NCBI GenBank assembly: GCA_951406725.2
Contig: OX597817.1
Span: 157,232,001-157,296,000 of the forward strand
DNA length: 64,000 bases
DNA from: Octopus vulgaris
Taxonomy: Eukaryota
Reading direction: 5' to 3'
Shown: positions 11,666 to 24,230 of the stretch, piece after piece
Numbering within the stretch: position 1 is the first letter of the stretch
How the letters are laid out: every line of letters starts with the position of its first letter
Notes under the pieces: model-generated
What the model was told of the DNA's origin: nothing
The model's input: the letters and a program-made list of their open reading frames with translations, nothing else
Database searches by the model: none
Translations under genes and position numbers: made by a program

Positions 11666-11705
<40 letters not shown>

Positions 11706-11745
11706 TTCTTAACTGATACATCACATGTATTGAGAAGAGCATTGT
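11490..11745 (+). mobile_element. Old RTE LINE ORF-end fragment with (ATA)n
   Basis: Similar to 29545-29820 (ATCAGCTGTTGTGTGCAAGAGAGAAGATTG; GGAAGACATGG), but with stops. Confidence 0.6.
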
Positions 11746-13805
11746 CAGGTAAGTATATCTAGTAACATGAATTTGGTTAAATTGAATAAAATTGAATGCA
11801 AAGGTACAGAAGATGATTCAAATCCAGATTAAAAATAAAACTTTGATGAATGTTTCGTCTTTGGATTTGGTTTGTAAGATTCTTTATATGAGTTCGTGTG
11901 TTGAAGCATATTCTGTTGTGTCTGGGTAGAGTCATTTTCTTTTTGTGCCTTATAATGTAACACACTCACCGGTAAAATTTCCACTTTTTTCTTATTTTTA
12001 TTTTCCTAAAATTTTCAATGCGTCTTGAATGTGTTTAATTCTTTCATTACCATATTACTTCTGAAATACACTGCCTGTGATTCAGTTAAATTTAATGAAG
12101 GGTTTAGTAAAATAATTGTCATTATCTTGCAACATAAAGCTGCCAAGGCCGACTTTGCTTTCAGCCTTTCAGGGGTCAAAGAAGAAAGTGCCAGTCAATT
12201 ACTAGGGCCAGTGTAATTGACTAACACTACCGGTTTTGTGCCAACATTCGGAACTATCATTTTGGAACATAATAATCTGGTGTTTGGAACATAATTTAAC
12301 ATGAAATTTCAACAGAAGGTTTAAATTTAGTCCACTTTAAAACAGGAGGTCTCAAGTGCTTTGGTATGAAAAAAGTTAGAATACTTTTATATGTCTACTG
12401 AGATTTTTTGCAACAAATTCCAAAATGATGGCAGCAATTTCAACATAATACAAGTCTATAGATAAGATGTAGATACATCGCACATATAATACACTTGAAA
12501 GAGAATTCCAAAACTGAGTAGTGATAAGAATTCATTAAGTATTGAGTATAGAAATATTCTCTTTCACATGACCATGATGTTTACATCCACGTTTTATTGA
12601 AATGTTCAATAAACATTCAGCATTTAATTTTAGATTATTAATTCTCCAATTAAATTTACATTTCAAGTTTAAATTATAATTAATGTAATTATAAACAAAA
12701 TGTAATTCAGAAACACTTGCAAGTAATTTCATGTGTCAAACCGAGAATATAAATTTATGAAAGAACAAAAGTGGAGGAGGTGAATCAGCCAATGAAACGA
12801 GATTGAGAAATCATCAAGACAAGTAATGAGATATGAAATTTGGATGAGGAAAGAAAGAAACCATTGATTTCAAATTTCGGCACGAGGCCAGGAATTTTGG
12901 GGGAGGGGGTAAGTCAATTACATCGATCCCAGTGTGCAACTGGTACTTATTTTATTGACCCCTGAAAGGATGAAAGGCAAAGTTGATCTCTGCAGAATTG
13001 GAATTGAGAACATAAAGATGGATGAAAAGCTGCTAATTTTGCAATCATGCTAATGATTCTTATTTCTTTATTGGCCACAAGGGGCTAAACATAGAGGGGA
13101 CAAAGGGATTAAGTCGATTACATCGACCCCAGTACACAATTGGTACTTAATTTATCGACCCCGAGAGGATGAAAGGCAAAGTCAACCTTTTCTGCCAGCT
13201 TGCCACCTTCTCAAAGAATGAAAATGTTAAAGGCAAAGCTGTGAGCTTAAGAAGTTTGCAATGTAGCCACATGATTCTGAGTTTAGTCCCACTGCACAGC
13301 ACCTCAAGTAAGTAGATGGAAACTGTGTGGAAGCTTGTTGCATTCATGTGTGTGTGTGTGTGTGCACATGATTGTTTACCCCCCACCTCCTGCTTTGACA
13401 GTTAGTGCTGATTGCTAACATACCTGTAACTTAGCAGTTGGATAAAAAGAGACCAATAAAATAGATATGAGACTTCAAAAAAATGCAGAGCCTAGGACTT
13501 ATTTATACTATTGTCAATTAAATAAGTACCAGTTATGCACTGGGGTCGATGTGGTCGACTTAATTCCTTTGTCTGTCCTTGTTTGTTCCCTCTATGTTTA
13601 GCCCCCAGGGAGCAATAAAGGAAAGAATGAATAAAGTTGTAATAGTAGTGCCACAGCATGGCAGTATTCCAATAACTAAAGTGAATAAAAGAATATTCGA
13701 ACTGATGTGAAGTGAAACTGAAAGTGAAAGAGGAAATAAAGAGTGGAAGAAATTGCCTCAAGATTAGACAACAATATGTCAATCAAATATTTTAAAACTC
13801 TCTCT

Positions 13806-14188
13806 GAAGCACTCCGTTGGTTACGACGATGAGGGTTCTGGTTGATCCGAATCAACGGAACAGCCTGCTCATGAAATTAACGTGTAAGTGGCTGAGCACT
13901 CCACAGACACGTGTACCCTTAACGTAGTTCTCGGGGATATTCAGCGTGACACAGAGAGTGACAAGGCCGGCCCCTTGAAATACAGGTACAACAGAAACAG
14001 GAAGTAAGAGTGAGAGAAAGTTGTGGTGAAAGAGTACAGCAGGGTTCACCTCCACGCCTTGCTGGAGCCTCGTGGAGCTTTTAGGTGTTTTCACTCAATA
14101 AACACTCACAATGCCTGGTCTGGGAATTGAAACTGCGATCCTATGACCGCGAGTCTGCTGCCCTAACCACTAGGCCATTGCGCCTCCA
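13806..14188 (-). mobile_element. tRNA-derived SINE family C
   Basis: Near-identical to the 34052, 38343 and 45578 copies. TSD ATTTTAAAACT. Confidence 0.88.
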
Positions 14189-14329
14189 TTTTAAAACTAC
14201 TTATGTAAGGTAAACAACAGGGAAGTTTATTAGAAAAGTAGCTGATACAAGGAAGAAGTTCAACAGCAAGAATCTTCTATCTTTTGACAAAAGATAGCCA
14301 GAGATGATTTTTAAAATGAGAATATCTGA

Positions 14330-14598
14330 AATAAACTCGACTGCTCTCACAAATGAAAATACTAAAAATGAACCCGACCACTCTCAAGAATTAATTTTAA
14401 AAAAACAAGAAAAATAATCCAGAATCCTCGTCCGGTACTGGGTTGATCCCAAAATCTAATCAGTTTGTGCCAGCCATTAGATCAAACATCCCTGAAAGTT
14501 TCATCCAAATCTATCCAGCGGTACTTGATATATCTTGTCCATGGACAAACAAACATGACTGAAAACAATACCTCTGTCTTCACTAAGGTGGAGGTAAT
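14330..14598 (+). mobile_element. Possible Helentron-type non-autonomous element end
   Basis: Ends GAAAACAATACCTCTG...GGTGGAGGTAAT, a hairpin followed by AAT as in HINE/DINE-like ends. Single copy in the window. Confidence 0.4.
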
Positions 14599-15265
14599 AA
14601 TGGTTTCAAATTTTGTCACAAGGCCAGCAATTTTGGGGGAAGGGGAAGTCAATTACATCAACTCCAGTGCTCAGCTAGTACTTATTTTATCAATCTCGAA
14701 AGGATGAAAGGCAAAGTCAACCCTGGCGGTATTTGAACTCAGAATGTAAAGTCAGACAAAATGCTGCTTAGCATTTTGCCTGGCACAGTAACAATTCTAC
14801 CATATTCTTTTCTACTCTTATTAGAAGGCCTGAAATTTTTGCGGGGGAGGAGCAGTCAATTAGATCAACCCCAGTATGCAACTGGTACTTAATTTATCGA
14901 TCCCAAAAGACGGAGAGGCAAAGTCGACCTTGGCAGAATTTGAACTCAGAACATAAAGACAGACGAAATACTACTAAGCATTTCGCCCGGTGTACTAATG
15001 TTTCTGCTTGCTCGCTGTCTTTTACTTGTGTAAATATTAACATGAAATAGCACATATTTGTACTTAGAACTATGCTCTGAAGCTCTTTCATTTCAGCTGG
15101 TCTTACCAATCAGTTTCACACTGCCTATTAGATAACAATGTCATTAACTAACACTACATGCTCTTCAGAGAAAGCATGCATGGAAAAAGTATAGTGATTC
15201 TTACATAACTATATATAAATAATTAAATCTCAGAATGAGATTGAAACAGTAATCGCTCGATAATG

Positions 15266-15368
15266 TAAAGTATAGAAGCCATCTTATCATGGCTAACCAC
15301 ATTGGTTAGCTACAGTAACACCCCCTCCCCAATGTGGTTAGCCATGATAAGATGGCTTCTATACTTTA
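15266..15368. repeat. Perfect 40-bp inverted repeat with a 23-nt spacer
   Basis: TAAAGTATAGAAGCCATCTTATCATGGCTAACCACATTGG (15266-15305) and its exact reverse complement (15329-15368). Confidence 0.95.
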
Positions 15369-15789
15369 TATATAAATATTCCTTTGCTATTGACATTTGC
15401 AGAATGTTCTAAAATTTAGTTTTTTGATTAATGAAGCAAGATTTTTTTTCCTGCTAGAATAGTTAATTAGATAGCCAAAATGCAAAAGTGACACATATAT
15501 TCAATTAAAATTAACCTTTGATTGATGTGGTTTGCTTAACTAGAGACACAACACAATGCTTATCACATTGCTTGAAATTGTGACCAAGTTTTTACTAATT
15601 CCTCAACTTCAGAAGCACAGCATATCGCTCAGCAATTGAAGGGTGCTTTTAACGGGCCAGTTAACCCTTTCATTACTGTATTTATTTTGAGATGCTCTGT
15701 TTCTCTCAATTATTATATAGTCTCTTTGAGAAAAATATGAAAAAGAATGAAATTTCATAGAGTAGTGATCAAAAGAATAGAGTTGTATT

Positions 15790-16745
15790 ATCATCATCAT
15801 TTAACGTCTGCTTTACATGCTAGCATGGGTTGGACAATTTGACTGAGGACTGGCGAACCAGATAGCTACATCAAGCTCCAATCTGATCTGCCAGAGTTTC
15901 TACAGCTCGATGCCCTTCCTAATGCCAACCACTCTGAGAGTTTAGTGGGTGCTTTTACATGCCACCGGCACAAGGGCCAGTCAGGCGGTACTGGTAACAG
16001 CCTCACTCAAATGGTGCTTTTTATGTGCCACCAGCACAGAAGCCAGTCAGCTGCTCTGGCAGAGATCAAGCTTGGAATATATATGCATATATATATCTAC
16101 ATCATCATTATCATCATTGTTTAATGTTCGCTTTCCATGCTGGCATGGGTTGGATGGTTAGAATGAAAGCTGGTAAGCTGGGGGGCTGCACTAGGTTCCA
16201 ATCTGATTTGGCATGGTTTCTACAGCTGGATTCCCTTCCTAATGCCAACCACTCCAAGAGTGTAGTGGGTACTTTTTACATGCCACTGATCTGACACCGG
16301 CATTGACCATGACTACAGTCTCACTTGGTTTGATAGGTCAACACTAGTGCGGTATATTGCCAAGGTTCTTGGTCACCTGTCATTGCTTCCATGAGGCTCA
16401 ATGCTCGAATGGTGCTTTTTATGCACTACCACCATGGGTGTCAGTCAGACGCCACTGGCAACTATGATTTCACTCAATTCAACAGGTCTTCACATGCACA
16501 GCATATCACTCAACAACTGAAGGTTGCTTTTAACAGGCCAGTTACACAACACTGTCATTGGCCACTACTACAATCTTACTTGGCTTGACATCATTGCCCC
16601 CATGAGACCCAATGCACGAACAGTGCTTTGCATGTGCCAGTCAGACAGCACTGGCAATGCCATGACTACAATTTCACTCAGTTAGACAGGTCTTCAGAAG
16701 CACCGCATATCATCCAGCGATTGAAGGGTGCTTTTAACGGGCCAG
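15790..16745 (-). mobile_element. Cluster of 5'-truncated RTE 3'-UTR fragments
   Basis: (CAT)n tails plus the GATGCCCTTCCTAATGCCAACCAC motif, as in the 3' UTR of the RTE at 29540-30080. Confidence 0.75.
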
Positions 16746-17015
16746 TTAACCCTTTCATTACTGTATTTATTTTGAGATGCTCTGAGTTTCTCTCTCATTA
16801 CTGTATTTATTTTGAGAGGCTCTGTGTTTCTTTCAATTAATTTTAAATGTAACAAAGAATTTAGTAAAATAACTTAGTTATCATTCAGCTAGTGTTAGGA
16901 ACATAAATTGTGACTAAGGTTTGGTGGAAGATTTTAATTCAAAACTTATGAAAACAAGACATTTGTACTACAGAGCCAGAGACGGTTTCAGGTGGGATGG
17001 CATCAAAAGGGTTAA
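16746..17015 (+). mobile_element. piggyBac-type MITE family 1
   Basis: TTAA-CCCTTT...AAAAGGG-TTAA ends. Multi-copy. Confidence 0.85.
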
Positions 17016-17389
17016 TTATTCTCAAGACTTTGAATTAATAATGCATTATCCTGTAGCTTCAAGATTTCAGCTTTGTGACTGTTTGTTTTTAGAATGACAT
17101 TATATCGTAGGTGTGAGAAGTTGGATCTGGTCAGTTTGAACATAAAGCAGGTGGAATATTCAGGCCAGATATGACTGATATGGTAAATGCTAGAGGGTCG
17201 AGTATTTATTCTATTTTCTCATATATCTATTATTTTAAAATAACAATTCTGCTTAAAGATTGCTGTTATTTGAATAAATCAAAGCTCATGCAGGTTATCA
17301 GAATTTGTGTAGCTGAGAAAAAGTTATTTCTGTACATGAAACAATCTAGTTATGATTCTTTGTTGCATATTGTTAACTTAGGTATATTT

Positions 17390-17934
17390 TATTGGGTTGT
17401 CCGGAAAGTTTGTGCCAATTTATAGTAGCTTACCTTTCGACTTATTTTAGAACATGGTTGAGTCCATAAAATAGGATTTGACTACACTTCCATTTAGATC
17501 ACAGTTTAAGCTATCTTTTTGTGGAAGAAGCTTTATGTTCCTATAACCTGTGTTAATTCTGTAACCCTTTAAAATGGAAGATAATTAAGTTCATTTTCAG
17601 CACTTGATGCTTTAGCTCGGCTGGTATGTGTTACCCCACCCTCCATATTCATCAGATATTGCTCCTTCGGATTTCCACTTATTCAGGTCTCTGCAGAATA
17701 GTCTTAATGGTAAAAATTTCAATTCCTTGGATGACGTAAAAAGATACCTTGATGAATCCTTTGCCATGAAACCACCTCAATTCTGGGGAAAGGCCATTTT
17801 CAAGTTAAAGGAAAGATGGAGACGCATTGTGCAACAAAATGGTTCATATTTGGTTGATTAAAAATGTAATGGCAAGTATTTATTGACCTTTTTCTTTCCT
17901 TTAAAAATCAGCATGAACTTTCCGGACAACTGAA
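17390..17934 (+). mobile_element. Internally deleted mariner element
   Basis: TIRs TTGGGTTGTCCGGAAAGTT / AACTTTCCGGACAAC. ORF 17628-17861 contains HPPYSSDIAPSDFHLFRSL (mariner YSPDLAP-D motif). Confidence 0.9.
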
Positions 17935-17996
17935 TTGTATGGTGAACATTCTGGAAATGCAGCTGTATGATTTCCTCTTGAAAATGTGTAGCTACA

Positions 17997-18870
17997 TGTT
18001 GAGGAGAGTCAAAAGTTTGGCAATAATTGTGTAAGTGCTAGTTTATGGTGTGTATATCATGTAACTGAAACAGTTCAAGCTGTGGATGATACCCACTGAG
18101 GTTGGCAGCATTGTGGCAGTTGGTGCATTGATATGTTATGCATCACTTCACTCCCTAAGTGATTTGAAAGACACACAAATAAACGTGCAATATAGTCTAA
18201 TTCAGGAACTAATGTTTTATGAGTTCGAACTGGACCACAACACTGTGGAAGCAACCAAAAACATTTGTTGTGTGAAAGGTGAGGGTGTAGTTGATCACAG
18301 CACAGTAACTAGATGGTTCAAGAAATTTTGCTTGAATTGCAAGAACCTTGATAATCAAGGAAGGTCAGGTAAACCTAAAACCATGGATTCTGTAGCCATG
18401 CCCTAAGCCATAGAGGTAAATCTTGAAAGTAGCACTTGGAGAGTATGGATGTATGCCATTGTGTAGCAAAAATAGCCAACATTGGTTAACAGAAAGCAAG
18501 CTCTTCTGTAGCAAGACAACACAAAACCTTGTACTCTCGAATGACCTGCAATAAACTCCAGGAACTTGAGGAAATCAAACTAATGTCACACCCTGCGTAT
18601 AGTCCAGACCTAGCTCCCTTGGATCATTAGTTGTTCCAATACATGGCTCACTTCCTGTGCTTGTGAGGCTTCATCAACTAAGAGGAGATGGAAGCTTCAG
18701 TGAAGGAATTCTTCATCTCTAAGTACAAGAACTGATATCAGCATGGAATCAAGGAACTGGCAGAAAGGTTTAAATGGGGCAACACTATGAATGCTAGGCT
18801 TCTTTTGTTGTAACTTGATGAATAAATAAGTTACCAAAATATTGCCAAAAACTTTTGACACAACACAATA
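17997..18870 (+). mobile_element. Degenerate mariner element
   Basis: TIRs GTCAAAAGTTTGGCAATA / TATTGCCAAAAACTTTTGAC. N-terminal HTH (TVTRWFKKF...RSGKP) and C-terminal HPAYSPDLAPLDH with stops. Confidence 0.88.
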
Positions 18871-19002
18871 GTTTCAGTATTTTCAAATATTGTGGGTGTC
18901 GGGCTTAATAAGGCTTTTGAGTTGGTAACTTTACCTTTCTGGTGCATATTTTCAGGTTTAGTAGAATAGATGGGGATTATATTGTAATACATTTTGTGGT
19001 CA

Positions 19003-19054
<52 letters not shown>

Positions 19055-19390
19055 TCTATTTCAGTTGGAACATGTTTATGAAACTTACATCTACATCTAA
19101 ACAGAAGAATGAAAACTATTACTTTGGTAGTTAAGATAAATTATTAACTACATATATATGCTTAGATGTGTGTATGTATAAATACACACACACACAAACA
19201 TATATATATAACAATTCCATTGTAGTACACTCATTACAGGTATAAAAAAAGTAAATTTTTTTACCTATTATTTTATAATAGATATTTTATTAAGTATCAC
19301 AATTCCTTTTCACATATCTACTTAATCATTGACAGTACACATATATACATAAATAAATATACATTAACATGCAAACACGTGTGCATGTGA

Positions 19391-19428
<38 letters not shown>

Positions 19429-19929
19429 CAATAAGAAAAGCATCCCTGTTCTTAAGTTAACCATTTAAATATAGACAAAAATAGGTGAAAAGAAGTATGA
19501 AAAAGAGAGAATGAAATGATTATAATTGTGATAATATCCCAATAATATGACAATAATTAGGAAAACGAAAATATGAACAGCTACGTTTATTCATCTTTAC
19601 ATAATGAATGCAATAAAGTGATATTTATGTATGTAAACATGTGTGTCTGTTTATCCACAAATGTTTACATACATCACATAACTATAGGCAGGTTTGTAAC
19701 TAATATAAATACTTAGCAATATTATTTATTCATGAACTATATATCTAGAGCGCATAGTTATTTATTTCATGGAAATAGAAATATATAAATTCCATGATTA
19801 TTGATCAGTTCTCGACAAAAATTTAGGGGAAAACTTTAAAGTTTAAAAAATATTTTCCTTAGTGAAGTACTTTTAGTTCTTTGCTGTACTCTCTAATAGC
19901 TGAAGTTAAAAATCTATGTGTAGCCCAAA

Positions 19930-20339
19930 CAAACATGGCTGACTATATAGGACAACTTGTTTATGAATAAGGACGAAATAGCAATTTTTCTTGTTATGTA
20001 TGGCTATCTTTTGTCGCTAGAATTACGTCGAAACACCAACTGAGAATATTTCTGAGTCAGGAAATTCATTTATCATTCAATTCTTCACTTTGATTACAAA
20101 TTTTATGGGGGAAACACGTCAGCACTGCTCGTAACGAGATGCTTACGGGAAGAATTTTGACCTGGATTCTGGCATAACCAGCCGTCTGAAGAATTTTGGC
20201 CAGACCATCATACTTGTTATATATGTGCATTATTGAACGCTGAACTGATTCATTTTTCTTTTAAACGCCACCCTTTTTCTTTTGAACTCTTTTATCATTT
20301 TAACATTTTTATTTGGATGAGTTTCTGATTTCCACTGAA
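19930..20339 (+). promoter_or_regulatory. Probable promoter / 5' UTR of the APLF-like gene
   Basis: Repeat-free, relatively CpG-richer segment directly upstream of the ATG. YY1-like AACATGGC at 19932-19939. TSS not determinable. Confidence 0.4.
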
Positions 20340-20435
20340 ATGTCAGGCATCGTTCTAAGACCAATTGATGGAGGCGAATCTATCACCGTTCCTACAGATT
20401 CACAGACCGTTATCGGTCGAGGCAACTTTTTACAG
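20340..20435 (+). CDS. APLF: Aprataxin and PNK-like factor (APLF), first coding exon (start of the FHA domain); remaining exons not found in window
   Basis: ATG...CAG|GTAAT encodes MSGIVLRPIDGGESITVPTDSQTVIGRGNFLQ (32 aa). This aligns with human APLF as I recall it, MSGGFELQPRDGGPRVALAPGETVIGRGPLLG, including P.DGG and TVIGRG, and ends at a phase-0 donor at the equivalent position. Too short to appear in the ORF track. Confidence 0.85.
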
Positions 20436-22258
20436 GTAATTAATATTATTAACACCTATTGATGTTGACTAATAAAAAAAAATGCAGGAAAAAATTCCGA
20501 TATGAAATTATTACCATGTTAATTGTTTTTAAATCTACATTAACGTCTAGATTTCGGTTTTTTATTGATCTTTTTTTTATATTTTTTCTTTCTTATTTCC
20601 TTATTGCTTTGTTTTATTTTCCTTTCTTGCTACCACGGCACATGTGGGGGTTATTTTATTGAGCTCAGCACATTTTTTTTCGACTATTTCTCTTGTTTAG
20701 CGATTAAATGATTCATTCGAAAAGAAGCCCAAACAATCCAGCATGCAACAGTGCCACTGCTACTGTGAACCGTTCAACCCCTATGTGTATGTGTTTTGAT
20801 TAGCTCTGACTTGTAGATTAACATTAGTGCTCACTTCCACTCTACAATGTCTGTTAACGTTTTTAACTTTTGGCCTTGATTATTGATCAGTTATATTACC
20901 GTAACTATGTCTACGTTTCTTTCCATAAAAAGTTTAAATGGTCTTTTTTCTTAACTAATAAGCTCTTTTACCCCCTCCCTCCAATTCCGTTAGATTGTAC
21001 GTGCTGTGTTTAGGACTGCAGCAAGCTTCACCGCCACTTCTTAATGTCGAAGGAGAAAGACTACATTGATGATGGCTTGCTTAAAAAATATTTCTCTTAT
21101 TTAGCACAAGTTATCTGTTTTTTTCCATGGTAGAATTGCTTTTTGTATATTTAGTTCTAAGTAATTTTACCAAATCTTTTATAAAATCTAGTTCAAATCA
21201 AAACTCAAGAGTGGATTATTCATTCGAATAAAGACCGCACTAGTTGATTTGAAATATTGAAATGCTTGAGTTAATCCTTAAAGCTTTAAAAGTCTACACC
21301 TGCTCCCCAATTTTATATGCTTCACCATTTAATCTATTTTCCATACAACACCAAATAGGAGCTTTAAAGATTGCTTCAGATTTTATCTGGCAGTAGTGGT
21401 GGGTGCATTTGTTTGTTTGTTTCTCATTTTCTTTCTCTGTGTCTCTTTCACTTGATTTTTGTAAACAAGTTTGAAGAAAATATGATTTACCTATTTCGGA
21501 AACAAAATTATCGCTGTGTGAATACTAGATAAAGTTAAAGCTGGACTCTAACATTAGTTGATGTGTTGAATGTAGCTGGAGAAGGGCGGTTAGCCTCGAT
21601 CGAAAGCTTCTAATTTCCCTCGCATAATTTTGAATTTGTTTTATGATTTTTCTCCCATTTAAAAACATTTCCCCCCAAATATATATATAATTAAAACAAA
21701 AATATCCATGTTAGAGAGTAGGGTAGGGTGGAAGAAAGAAATCTGAATGGAATTTAGTATGAAAATAGTGGACACGTTAAAATTGCGGCTACACGTTAAA
21801 GCTGGTTGCTGTTTATTACAGATCATTACCATACACCTGCTGTGTCTGTGTAACACAGCAATTCCTTGTTTTTATTGTCTAGTAGTTACAGGTATGCAAG
21901 GAAATCTAATCTGGGTACTGCGTAGAAAATTACAAGTTGGAAAGAAAGAAATTAGCATTTCATCTCAACCCTGAAGATTCAGCTTCATTTTTTTTTTAAT
22001 TGCATAGCGAAGAACATTCTTGTTTTTCATTTATTTTTTTTCTTTTCTTCTATTTAATTACCTCGTAGACAGGAAAGGTCAAAAATAATCACAATATCCG
22101 AAATATTAGTCGTTTTCTTTCGCTGGTTCTCACATGTAGATATATTTGTCCACATGTGACGAGTCATGTAAGTTTCATAAACCTACTAATTAAGGCTTTA
22201 ATTGAATTGTGTATAGAAATTTGGTTAAATAAAATATAATTGTATTTGTTATATACGT

Positions 22259-22296
<38 letters not shown>

Positions 22297-22442
22297 TAGA
22301 AATATGTATTTATATATATTATGACGTACGTATTTTAATTTATAAAACTGTATGTATATATAATTATATATTTATATAAAAAATTATTTTTGATTTTATA
22401 TATATTCATATATATATATATTTACATACACACCTACATATA

Positions 22443-22490
<48 letters not shown>

Positions 22491-22763
22491 TGTGTATATA
22501 TATATATATACACACACATATATATATATATAAGCAGATTATATAATTTAATCATAATTTCGCATCCATTTTCCGTGCTAGCATCGGTTGGATGATTCAA
22601 CAAGATCCATCGGATTAGCAGACTACATCTGGCTCCAGCGGTTTAGTTTTATTTCTATGGCTGGATGCCCTTCCTTATGTCAACCAGTTTGCAGCATGAA
22701 CTGGGTTCCTTTTTTTTGTGGCACCACCACTAGTGAGATCACTACATAACTAGCAATATGATA

Positions 22764-22805
<42 letters not shown>

Positions 22806-22945
22806 TATACATACTAATGTATATTTGTATGCATGTGTATATATGTATTTGTGTGTATGCAAATTAGCAGTTCTTTGAGGCTTCTGGATTTGTTGTGTAT
22901 ATAAACAAATTGGCTGCTTGTCTCTCTGTGATCGTTCAAGTGATG

Positions 22946-23009
22946 TAGGCACCTGATGAGACCCACAGGGGTTGAAAATTGATTAAAACTTAATCATTTT
23001 TTCAGTCTA
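22946..23009 (+). ncRNA. Degenerate hammerhead-like motif
   Basis: CTGATGA-GACCC-ACAG-GGGTT-GAAA followed by the hairpin ATTGATTAA-AAC-TTAATCATT. Stem I is imperfect. Confidence 0.4.
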
Positions 23010-23567
23010 TGGAAAACTCGTTAGGTTTATGGTATTTGTAGGTTTACTCACTCATATGTTTATGTATATACATATATATGTATGTATATGTATATACATC
23101 GAAAGCATTACAATCCAGTTTTTATAATTTTGATTCTGGATGTTTTTGTTTGGAACAATGAAGTTCCCAAATTCATTTTCTCAAGGTTTATCAGGATTTG
23201 GAAGGTGTTGGCTACTGTATTACCACCCCATTTTATTGTAGTGGATTTTGTTTATGCAGAATTGAGAGCCAGCTGTGTGAGTATTTCAGGTTTAGTTCCA
23301 TAGTGTGGATCTTTGGGCAAGTGCCTTCTATTATAGCTCCATTATGGCCAAAACCTTACGTGTAGATTTGTAGATGGAAACTGAAAGAAGTATAAAACTG
23401 AAACTGAAAGAAGTGTAAACAAGTATCGTTCATTTTCAGTATTTTGCAAAAACATGTCTAGCTATGGGGAAAAATTACCTTGGAAACAGATAAGTGTTAG
23501 CATCCAGCTACAGAACACATGGCTCAATAAACTCCATCTGACTCATGCAGGCATGGAAAAGTAGATG

Positions 23568-23797
23568 TTAACCCTTTAGTGTTCGCATTATTCTGCCAAA
23601 ATTAATACCTTTTCATCCAAATTATTTTGAACTAATCAGGCATTAATCTTGTAGCTATGAGATTTTGATGAGGTAGCTGTTAATTTTTAAAACGATATTG
23701 TAGGGTTGGTGTGAGAGACCAGATCTGGCCAGTTGGAACATAAAGCAGGCAGAATACTTTTGGCCGGATATGGCCGGTTTAAATGCTAAAGGGTTAA
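23568..23797 (+). mobile_element. piggyBac-type MITE family 2
   Basis: TTAA-CCCTTTAG...CTAAAGGG-TTAA. Related copies at 35244, 57285 and 62948. Confidence 0.85.
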
Positions 23798-23814
23798 CCC
23801 CCCCCACACACACA

Positions 23815-24230
23815 ACCGATCGTGGCCGTTGCCAGCCTCCCCTAGCACCTGTGCCAGTGGCATGTTAAAAGCACCCACTACACTCATGGAGTGGTTGGCG
23901 TTAGGAAGGGCATCCAGCTGTAGAAACACTGCCAGATCAGACTAGAGCCTGGTGCAGCCTCCTGGCTTCCCAGACCCCGGTTGAACCGTCCAACCCATGC
24001 TAGCATGGAAAACGGATGTTAAACGATGATGATGATGATGCTTGTACTGGTGCCATGTTAAAAGCATCCACCACAGAATATAAAGTGGTTGGTGGTAAGA
24101 AGAGCATCCAGCCATAGAAACCAAGCCAAATCAGACTGGAACCTGGTGTTGCTCTTCAGTTTGTCAGCTCTGGTAAAACCGTCCAACCCATGCCAGCATG
24201 GAAAACAGATGCTAAAGGATGATGATGATG
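23815..24230 (+). mobile_element. Two tandem RTE 3'-UTR fragments
   Basis: Each ends in GTTAAACGATGATGAT or GCTAAAGGATGATGAT. Confidence 0.8.
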
